Assembly (NCBI GenBank): GCA_963770565.1
Contig: CAVYQE010000002.1
Span: 192,001 to 256,000, forward strand
Direction: 5' to 3'
Source: an uncultured Actinomycetota bacterium
Lineage (GTDB): Bacteria > Actinomycetota > Actinomycetes > JAFAQI01
Length of the DNA stretch: 64,000 bases
Shown: piece after piece, positions 57,015 to 64,000 of the stretch
Position numbering within the stretch: the first letter of the stretch is position 1
How the letters are laid out: every line of letters begins with the position of its first letter
Notes under the pieces: model-generated
Databases searched by the model: none
The model's input: the letters and a program-made list of their open reading frames with translations, nothing else
Told to the model about the DNA's origin: nothing
Made by a program: the position numbers and the translations under genes

Positions 57015-57815
57015 GTGAACGCCCGATCGGCGCTGTTCGACCTGTACGGCGACCATCTCGCCGGGCGGGGCGGGCAGGCGCCGGTGGCCGCGCTGGTGCG
57101 CTGCCTGGGCGCGCTCGACATCGCCGCCCCCGCGGTGCGTACCGCGGTCTCGCGGATGGTCCGCCAGGACTGGCTGGTCGCGATCCGGACGCCGGGCGGC
57201 CCCGGCTACGCGCTCACCCCGCGCGCGGTCCGCCGCCTCGACGAGGCCGCCGCCCGGATCTACCGGACCCGGACCGCGCCCTGGGACGGCCGGTGGCAGC
57301 TGTTGAGCGTCGCCCGGGTGCGCGAGCGGTCGCGCCGCGACCGGTTGCGGGCCGGCCTGCGCTACCTGGGGTACGGCGCGATCGACGAGACCACCTGGAT
57401 CGCCCCGCGTGCGTCCAGCGAGCTCGGCGCGCTGCTCGAGGCCGAGGCGGTCCGGGCCGAGCTGTTCACCGCGGTCCACGACGGCGACACCCAGGCGCTG
57501 GTCGGCCGGGTCTGGGACCTCGACGCCCTCGGGTCGGCGTACCGGGACTGGCTTGCCGTGGCAGCCGTGATCGCGAGCACGGTCGATCCGGCCGGCTCCG
57601 ACGAGGCGGCGTTTGCCGCGCGCAGCCAGCTGGTCCACGAATGGCGGAAGTTCCTCTTCAGCGACCCGTGGCTGCCCGACGAGCTGCTGCCGGAGGACTG
57701 GATCGGCCGCGAAGCCGCGCGATACTTCGACCACCAGGCCACCCGGCTGTTGCCCGCGGCCGCCCGCTTCATCGACAGCGCTTTGGCAACCGAGGGACGG
57801 AGAAGTCATGAGTGA
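57015..57815 (+). CDS. PaaX family transcriptional regulator
   Basis: ARSALFDLYGD, WDGRW, DPWLPDELLP. Confidence 0.88.
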   Translation: MNARSALFDLYGDHLAGRGGQAPVAALVRCLGALDIAAPAVRTAVSRMVRQDWLVAIRTPGGPGYALTPRAVRRLDEAAARIYRTRTAPWDGRWQLLSVARVRERSRRDRLRAGLRYLGYGAIDETTWIAPRASSELGALLEAEAVRAELFTAVHDGDTQALVGRVWDLDALGSAYRDWLAVAAVIASTVDPAGSDEAAFAARSQLVHEWRKFLFSDPWLPDELLPEDWIGREAARYFDHQATRLLPAAARFIDSALATEGRRSHE

Positions 57816-58593
57816 GGGCATCGAGTACGTCGTCACCGACCAGGTCGCGAGGATCACCCTCAATCGGCCGGAGTCGCTGAACTCCCTCACCACCGCGATG
57901 AAGGAGGGTCTGCTCGCCGCGCTCCGTGACTCACACGACGACGACCAGGTCCGGGCCGTGGTCCTGACCGGCGCGGGGCGAGCGTTCTGCGTCGGACAGG
58001 ACCTCAAGGAGCACGCCGACGGACTCAACTCCGGCGACACCGAGCTGTCCACGGTTCGGGACCACTTCAACCCGATCGCCGAAGCGCTGATCGGGATGCC
58101 GAAGCCGGTGATCGCCGCGGTCAACGGCACGGCGGCCGGCGCGGGCGCCTCACTCGCGTTCGCCTGCGACATCCGGATCGCTGCGGACACCGCGACGTTC
58201 CTGATGGCTTTCGCCCGGGTCGGCCTCGGCCCGGACACCGGCGCCTCATGGACGTTGCCACGACTGATCGGGGTCGGCCGGGCGACCGCGATGCTGATGC
58301 TGGCCGATCCGGTCGCGGCCACGCAGGCGCTGGAGATGGGGCTGGTATCGGCCGTCGTACCCGCCGCCGACCTCGAATCCGTGGTGGACGCGTTGGCGAC
58401 GAAACTAGCTAGCGGGCCGACGTTGGCTTACGCCGCGATCAAGAACGCGCTCGGTTTCGCCGCGTCGCACTCGTTGTCGGAGAGCCTCGCGCACGAGGCC
58501 GCGATGCAGGCGCACTGTGGCACGAGCATCGACCACCGGCGTGCGGTCGAGGCCTTTCTCGCGAAGGAAACTGCGTCCTTCGCCGGGCGCTGA
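57808..58593 (+). CDS. enoyl-CoA hydratase/isomerase family protein
   Basis: FCVGQDL, PKPVIAAVNG, AAGAG, PDTG. Confidence 0.9.
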   Translation: MSEGIEYVVTDQVARITLNRPESLNSLTTAMKEGLLAALRDSHDDDQVRAVVLTGAGRAFCVGQDLKEHADGLNSGDTELSTVRDHFNPIAEALIGMPKPVIAAVNGTAAGAGASLAFACDIRIAADTATFLMAFARVGLGPDTGASWTLPRLIGVGRATAMLMLADPVAATQALEMGLVSAVVPAADLESVVDALATKLASGPTLAYAAIKNALGFAASHSLSESLAHEAAMQAHCGTSIDHRRAVEAFLAKETASFAGR

Positions 58594-58595
58594 CG

Positions 58596-59234
58596 GTGAC
58601 CAAGGACACCGCGGCCCGACTCCTCGCCGCGTTGACGGCGAGCGTCGTGCTGGTCGGGATCGGGCTGCAGATCCACGCAACCGCAACGTCTACCGGCGGT
58701 TTCTTCACGTCGAAGAGCGACCGGATCGCGAACATCTTCTGCTTCTTCACCGTCTTGTCGAACCTGCTGCTCGCCGCAACGAACGCGGTGCTCGTCGTCG
58801 AGCCGCACCGGCGATCGACGGTGTTCTCCGGTCTTCGCCTGTCTGGCGTACTGAGCATGATCGTCACCGGCGTCGTCTTCCACGTCGCGCTCGCCGGGCT
58901 GCACGACCTGCACGGCACCGCGAAGGCCGCGGACGTCTTGCTGCACACCGTGTCGCCGGTGCTTGCGCTGATCGGCTGGCTGTTCGTCGGCCCACGCGGC
59001 GCCATCAACCGCACCGTGGTCGGCGTGACCTTGATCTATCCGGTCGGCTGGCTCATCGCCACCCTGATCCGTGGCGCGGTCGTCGGCTTCTACCCGTATC
59101 CGTTCCTGGACGCGACCACGCACGGCTATCTGCGGGTTGCGGTCAACTGCGTGGTCGTCGCGGCACTGTTCCTCGGTCTTGCGATCGGCGCCGACCGCCT
59201 CGACCGGGTGCTGCCGTCCGCGCGACGGGCCTAG
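58596..59234 (+). CDS. Pr6Pr-like membrane protein
   Basis: FFTVLSN, LLH..SP, YPYPFLD. Confidence 0.8.
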   Translation: MTKDTAARLLAALTASVVLVGIGLQIHATATSTGGFFTSKSDRIANIFCFFTVLSNLLLAATNAVLVVEPHRRSTVFSGLRLSGVLSMIVTGVVFHVALAGLHDLHGTAKAADVLLHTVSPVLALIGWLFVGPRGAINRTVVGVTLIYPVGWLIATLIRGAVVGFYPYPFLDATTHGYLRVAVNCVVVAALFLGLAIGADRLDRVLPSARRA

Positions 59235-59806
59235 CGCACCCAGCAGTCGGCCAGGTGGTCGTTGATCAGCCCGGTCGCCTGCATCAACGCGTGCGCCGTG
59301 GTCGGACCGACGAAGCGAAAACTGTGCGCCTTCAACGCCTTGGCAAGCGCGATCGACTCAACCGACGTCGACGCAAGATCGCCGAGGGTCTTCGGCGCCG
59401 GCCACGGCTCGGTCGGCGCAAAGCCCTCGACGAACGCGAGCATTCCGCCCGGCAGATCCAACGCGGCCTTCGCGTTCGAGATGGTCGCCTCGATCTTGGT
59501 CCGGTTGCGCACGATGCCGGCATCGGCGAGCAACCGGTCGACATCTGACTCGTCGAAGCGGGCGACGTCGGCGATCGAGAACCCGGCGAACGCGGCCCGG
59601 AAGCCCGGCCGCTTGCGCAGGATGATCAGCCACGACAGCCCGGACTGGAATCCTTCGAGGGTCAACCGCTCGAACATCGCGTCATCGGTGGTGAGCGGTC
59701 GGCCCCACTCGTCATCGTGATAGCTGATGTAGTCGGGGGTCGACAGCGCCCACGGACAACGCAGCTTGCCGTCTTCGCCCGGCAACGCGCCACGCGGATC
59801 GCTCAT
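59231..59806 (-). CDS. tag: DNA-3-methyladenine glycosylase I
   Basis: RCPW, YHDDEWG, LEGFQSGLSW, NDHLADC. Confidence 0.93.
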   Translation of the reverse strand: MSDPRGALPGEDGKLRCPWALSTPDYISYHDDEWGRPLTTDDAMFERLTLEGFQSGLSWLIILRKRPGFRAAFAGFSIADVARFDESDVDRLLADAGIVRNRTKIEATISNAKAALDLPGGMLAFVEGFAPTEPWPAPKTLGDLASTSVESIALAKALKAHSFRFVGPTTAHALMQATGLINDHLADCWVR

Positions 59807-60066
59807 GTGTCGGGTGTGGGCGGCGGCTCGCGCATCGCTTCGGCCACCCGTTCGAGTGCCTTGTCGACGTCTTCCATCCGATAGCCGCGCGCGCTGGTGC
59901 GAAACCGCAACCCGCCGATGTCGTCGGCCCTCAACGGCCGATCGGGCAGTCCCAGGTCGCCGTGGTCGACGGTCTCCGCGCTGAGGCCATCGCCGCCCAG
60001 CGTCAGCGCGAGCGCAACCCCGACCAGAAGGATGACGCCCAGCAGGACGATGACGATGACTCCCAC
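59803..60066 (-). CDS. DivIVA-domain membrane protein
   Basis: N-terminal TM helix, LRFRTSARGYRMEDVD. Confidence 0.8.
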   Translation of the reverse strand: MGVIVIVLLGVILLVGVALALTLGGDGLSAETVDHGDLGLPDRPLRADDIGGLRFRTSARGYRMEDVDKALERVAEAMREPPPTPDT

Positions 60067-60112
60067 CCCTGAATGGTGACACGCCGGTCCGACACAGACC
60101 CGTCCTGATGCC

Positions 60113-60892
60113 TTACTCGGGGGCCAGCGGAGCCGGCTCCTGAGGCCGGCCGGCTTGGCTCTCGCGGATGATCGCCACGATCTCGTCGACATCGTCGCTG
60201 ACCTTGATCAGGTCGAGGTCGTCGGCGTACACCTTGCCTTCGGCCAGCATCGACGCCTTCAGCCAGTCGATCAGCCCGGACCAGTACGCCGACCCGTACA
60301 GGATCACCGGGAACGATGTGATCTTGCCGGTCTGGACGAGGGTCAGCGCCTCGAACAGCTCGTCCATCGTGCCGAAACCGCCGGGGAGGACGACGAACGC
60401 CTGCGAGTACTTGACGAACATCGTCTTGCGGACGAAGAAGTAGCGGAAGTTGACGCCGACGTCGACCCAGTCGTTGAGCCGTTGCTCGAACGGCAACTCG
60501 ATGCCGAGACCGATCGAGACGCCGCCGGCCTGGGTGCTGCCCTTGTTGACCGACTCCATGACGCCGGGGCCGCCGCCGGTGATCACCGCCCAGCCGTCCC
60601 GGGCGAGCGCCGCACCGAGCTGTTCCCCGACGAGGTACTCGGGCGATCCCGGCTGAGTACGCGCCGAGCCGAACACGCAAACGGCGCGCGGCGCCTCGGC
60701 GAGCAGGCCGAACCCCTCGACGAACTCGGCCTGGATCCGCAGCACCCGCCAGGGGTCGGTGTGCACCCAGTCCGAGGGCCCACGGGTGTCGAGCAGGCGT
60801 TGGTCGGTCGTCGAGCCCTGCACCTGCTCACGCCGCAGGACAATCGGGCCGCGCTGCTTCTCCGGCATGCGCTCCGGGTCGTTGAACTCCAC
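60113..60892 (-). CDS. LOG family protein (TIGR00730)
   Basis: TGGGPGVME, RKTMF, PGGFGTMDE. Confidence 0.92.
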   Translation of the reverse strand: MEFNDPERMPEKQRGPIVLRREQVQGSTTDQRLLDTRGPSDWVHTDPWRVLRIQAEFVEGFGLLAEAPRAVCVFGSARTQPGSPEYLVGEQLGAALARDGWAVITGGGPGVMESVNKGSTQAGGVSIGLGIELPFEQRLNDWVDVGVNFRYFFVRKTMFVKYSQAFVVLPGGFGTMDELFEALTLVQTGKITSFPVILYGSAYWSGLIDWLKASMLAEGKVYADDLDLIKVSDDVDEIVAIIRESQAGRPQEPAPLAPE

Positions 60893-60940
60893 GCGCGGAG
60901 GTTACCCGCTCCCGGGAGCCGAATCGCGGGCCCCCGTATC

Positions 60941-61020
60941 AGCACACAACGCTCGGCCGGAACGGACGCGAACCGGGCACCGGGCCGGATACCAACGGCC
61001 AGAACGCGGCGTTGTGTGCT
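60941..61020. repeat. 80-bp element with 12-bp terminal inverted repeats
   Basis: AGCACACAACGC ... GCGTTGTGTGCT. Confidence 0.55.
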
Positions 61021-61035
61021 CGAACCGGGGCCGGG

Positions 61036-62091
61036 CTAGCCGGTCAGGTAGGCGCGGAGCATCCGCTCGCATTCGCCGATCCGCGGTACGTCGACGTACT
61101 CCTCGCGGGTGTGCGCGAGGTTCGGATCGCCGGGCCCGAAGTTGACCGCCGGGATCCCGAGCGAGGCGAACCGGGCGACGTCGGTCCAGCCGAGCTTCGC
61201 GGTCGGCTCGCCGCCGATCGCGGCCAGGAAGTCCGCGGCGGCCGGCTCGCTCAGCCGGGGCGGCGCGGCCGGTGCGGAGTCGGTCAGCACGCACTCGAAC
61301 GGCGCGAGCAGCTCCTGCACGTGGGCCAGTGCCTCGGCCTCCGTGCGGTCCGGGGCGAACCGGTGGTTGACCGCGATCGTGCAGCGGTCGGGGACGACGT
61401 TGCCCGACACCCCGCCCTCGATCCGCACCGCGTTGAGGCCTTCGCGATATTCGCAGCCGTCGATGGTGACCTGGCGCGCTTCATACGCCGCGAGCCGGGT
61501 CAGCACCTCACCGGCCGCGTGGATCGCGTTCTTCCCCAACCACGAACGCGCCGAGTGGGCCCGCTTCCCGGTGCACACGACGAGCACTCGCAGCGTGCCC
61601 TGGCAGCCGGCCTCCACCCGGTTGGCGGTCGGTTCCATCAGCACCGCGAGGTCGGCCTCGAGCCAGCCCGGCTCGTTGCGGAGGACCCGGCCGAGCCCGT
61701 TGTGGGCGGCGTCGGTCTCCTCGTTGTCGTAGAACAGCCAGGTCACGTCGTGGCGAGGTTCGGCGACGGTCGCGGCGAGCCGCAGCATCACCGCCACCCC
61801 CGACTTCATGTCCGACGTCCCGCACCCGTACAACCGCTCGCCCTCCCGGCGACTCGGCACGTTGTCGGCGACCGGCACGGTGTCGAGATGGCCGGCGATG
61901 ACCACCCGCTGACCGTCCGACTTCGGGGTGCGCGCCATGATCGCGTCGCCGTCCCGCTCGACCGACAGATGCGGCTGGGCCCGCAGTGCCGTCTCCACCT
62001 CGTCGGCCAGCCTGGTCTCACCCCCCGACGGCGACGGCACATCCACAAGGGACGCGGTCAGCACGTCGCCGGGCAGGCTCAGGTCGATCAC
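61036..62091 (-). CDS. dapE: succinyl-diaminopimelate desuccinylase
   Basis: GHLDTVP, DMKSG, EE, HSAR, GWTDV, AH; leaderless TACGGT-N7-GTG. Confidence 0.92.
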   Translation of the reverse strand: MIDLSLPGDVLTASLVDVPSPSGGETRLADEVETALRAQPHLSVERDGDAIMARTPKSDGQRVVIAGHLDTVPVADNVPSRREGERLYGCGTSDMKSGVAVMLRLAATVAEPRHDVTWLFYDNEETDAAHNGLGRVLRNEPGWLEADLAVLMEPTANRVEAGCQGTLRVLVVCTGKRAHSARSWLGKNAIHAAGEVLTRLAAYEARQVTIDGCEYREGLNAVRIEGGVSGNVVPDRCTIAVNHRFAPDRTEAEALAHVQELLAPFECVLTDSAPAAPPRLSEPAAADFLAAIGGEPTAKLGWTDVARFASLGIPAVNFGPGDPNLAHTREEYVDVPRIGECERMLRAYLTG

Positions 62092-62114
62092 GTCCCCCAC
62101 CGTAGGCTGACCGG

Positions 62115-63041
62115 GTGCCATTCCGCGACGAACCGGCCGCCGGGATCGGGTTGGCGACGTACGACGGCGCCGGTCGGGTGCTGGACGCCTGGTTTCCCAC
62201 CCCCGGTCTCGGCGCCGAGCCGGCGCCGCTTCCGATACCGCTCAAGCCCGCGGTCGACGAACTGCGCGCGGTCAAGGTCGAGCTGGTCGATGCGCGGATC
62301 GCCTCGCTCGCCGAGCCACCGGCCGACCCGGTCGATGCCTACCTGCGGCTGCACCTGCTCTCGCACCGGCTGATCCAGCCCAACCAGGCCAACCTCGAGG
62401 GCATCTTCGGGCTGCTGACGAACGTCGCGTGGACCTCGCTCGGCCCGGTGGCCGCCGAGGAGATCGAGTCGGTCCGGCTTCGGGCCCGGGCCGGCGGCGT
62501 ACGGGTCGAGGTCTTCGGGGTCGACAAGTTCCCGCGGATGACCGACTACGTCGTGCCGTCCGGCGTACGGATCGCCGACGCCGACCGGGTCCGGCTCGGC
62601 GCGCACCTCGCGCCCGGCACGACGGTCATGCACGAGGGGTTCGTGAACTTCAACGCCGGCACGCTCGGGACGTCGATGGTCGAGGGGCGGATCGCCGCCG
62701 GGGTAGTTATCGGCGACGGCACCGATGTCGGGGGCAGCGCGTCGATCATCGGCACGTTGTCGGGTGGCGGCCAGATCGTGGTCTCGATCGGCGAGCGCTG
62801 CCTGCTCGGTGCGAACTCCGGCATCGGGATCCCGCTCGGCGACGACTGCGTCGTCGAAGCCGGTTGCTACATCACCGCCGGCGCCAAGCTGCTGCTCCCG
62901 GACGGCCAGGTCGTCGCGGCCCGAGAACTCGCCGGGGTGAGCGGGATGACGTTCTGGCGCAACAGTCTCAACGGCACGCTCGAGGCTTGGCCCCGCAAGG
63001 GTTCGTGGGGAGGCCTCAACGCCGCGCTGCATGCGCAGTGA
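62115..63041 (+). CDS. dapD: tetrahydrodipicolinate N-succinyltransferase
   Basis: YLRLHLLSHR, DKFPRM, VMHEGFVNFNAGT, GTLSGGG. Confidence 0.95.
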   Translation: MPFRDEPAAGIGLATYDGAGRVLDAWFPTPGLGAEPAPLPIPLKPAVDELRAVKVELVDARIASLAEPPADPVDAYLRLHLLSHRLIQPNQANLEGIFGLLTNVAWTSLGPVAAEEIESVRLRARAGGVRVEVFGVDKFPRMTDYVVPSGVRIADADRVRLGAHLAPGTTVMHEGFVNFNAGTLGTSMVEGRIAAGVVIGDGTDVGGSASIIGTLSGGGQIVVSIGERCLLGANSGIGIPLGDDCVVEAGCYITAGAKLLLPDGQVVAARELAGVSGMTFWRNSLNGTLEAWPRKGSWGGLNAALHAQ

Positions 63042-63517
63042 CCGCGGGCGACGACGGTCTGGTGATCGAGCCGGCCGATGCCGGGTCGTCGGAGTCCATC
63101 GCCCTCGTCGATGCCTATCTCGCGGAGATCAACGCCGGCTTCGGTCACCGGCCGGACGACCGTGATCCCAACAAGCCGGCAGACTTCAACCCGCCAAGAG
63201 GCATGTTCCTCGTCGTTCGCGACGAGACAGGCACAGCCGTCGGGTGCTGTGCACTGCGAATGCTCGATCCGACTACCGCCGAGATCAAGCGGATGTGGCT
63301 GGCCGACTCGATCCGCGGCCGTGGCATGGGCCGGCAACTGCTCGAGGCGATCGAGCAGATGGCGATCGACCTCGGCGCCAAGCGTGCCGTCCTCGACACG
63401 CACGAGTCGCTGACCCCAGCCATCTCGCTCTACGAACGGTCAGGCTTCGTCCGGGTGGAGCGCTACAACGCCAACGTTCAAGCCACGCATTGGTTCGCGA
63501 AGGACCTCATCGGCTGA
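63038..63517 (+). CDS. GNAT N-acetyltransferase
   Basis: EIKRMW, RGRGMG, AISLYERSGF. Confidence 0.88.
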   Translation: MTAGDDGLVIEPADAGSSESIALVDAYLAEINAGFGHRPDDRDPNKPADFNPPRGMFLVVRDETGTAVGCCALRMLDPTTAEIKRMWLADSIRGRGMGRQLLEAIEQMAIDLGAKRAVLDTHESLTPAISLYERSGFVRVERYNANVQATHWFAKDLIG

Positions 63518-63518
63518 G

Positions 63519-63965
63519 TCACCGAACTGCGTAGTACGGCGCTTCGAACGGCCACTCGGCCGCGAGCCATCCGCTGACCGCCTGCCAGAGTGGGACATCG
63601 AGCTCGGCGCGCGGCTCGGTGACCCACGACCGAACGCGTACGTCGTACCCTTCCTGCTTCGATGGGTAGAGGTAGACGCAGCCGATCGACGCGCCTGTGT
63701 CGACGTCGAGCACGGTGAAGGTGAAGCCGGCGCGGGTCGCGAAGTCCCGCGCATGCTCCTCGAGGTCACGCAGGTTGTCGGCCAGCGTCAATGACTCGTC
63801 CGGCCAGTCCCAGTCCGCGAAACCCGGCGTTGCCCGGATGTGCGGGACGCTGCCCATCCAGGCCATGTAGTCCGACTCGTTGTGCTGGGGCCCGAGTGGC
63901 TCGAGCCGGAAGTCTCCGGCGAACAACTCGGTCGGCGGGACGAAGCCGTCCGGGACGAACGCCAT
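63519..63965 (-). CDS. GNAT-like protein
   Basis: LEPLGPQHNESDY, GCVYLYP, VRSWV. Confidence 0.75.
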   Translation of the reverse strand: MAFVPDGFVPPTELFAGDFRLEPLGPQHNESDYMAWMGSVPHIRATPGFADWDWPDESLTLADNLRDLEEHARDFATRAGFTFTVLDVDTGASIGCVYLYPSKQEGYDVRVRSWVTEPRAELDVPLWQAVSGWLAAEWPFEAPYYAVR

Positions 63966-64000
63966 GCCCGACAGAGTGCCACGGCGGCGCTACCGTGCGC

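Noticed and set aside
11617-58593. Complete phenylacetate catabolic cluster
   Set aside because: paaK is 45 kb from the PaaX-like/enoyl-CoA pair and no paaABCDE or paaZ is present.

Overview
High-GC actinomycete chromosomal segment, mostly core genes. I saw no rRNA, tRNA, CRISPR array, transposase, integrase or prophage. Main blocks: (1) a contiguous FAS-II operon, fabD(3' end)-fabH-acpP-fabF-accD-fabG-fabI; (2) ideR/gpgS/folP2/paaK and a small accessory islet with an ECF sigma pair, an SDR and secreted proteins; (3) a complete whiB7/wblC locus with promoter, uORF, antiterminator and attenuator; (4) the familiar actinobacterial run tesB-uvrD2-mrx1-nudC-adnAB-moeZ-DEAD helicase-parA-mrp-tatB-htrA-glgC-pepA-tagA-LOG-dapE-dapD. 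I did not find a clearly new multi-gene system. The best leads are: two families of 65-80 bp palindromic intergenic elements, each in two dispersed copies; a circularly permuted NPP/alkaline-phosphatase protein; three SigR/SigH-type promoters, one on a DHA2 efflux pump and one producing a leaderless uORF in front of moeZ; absence of sigE-rseA from its usual site; and an orphan ParA coupled to a Zn-ribbon protein. All product calls come from motif recognition, with no database search. Start codons were adjusted by hand using RBS, leaderless -10 boxes and codon overlaps.
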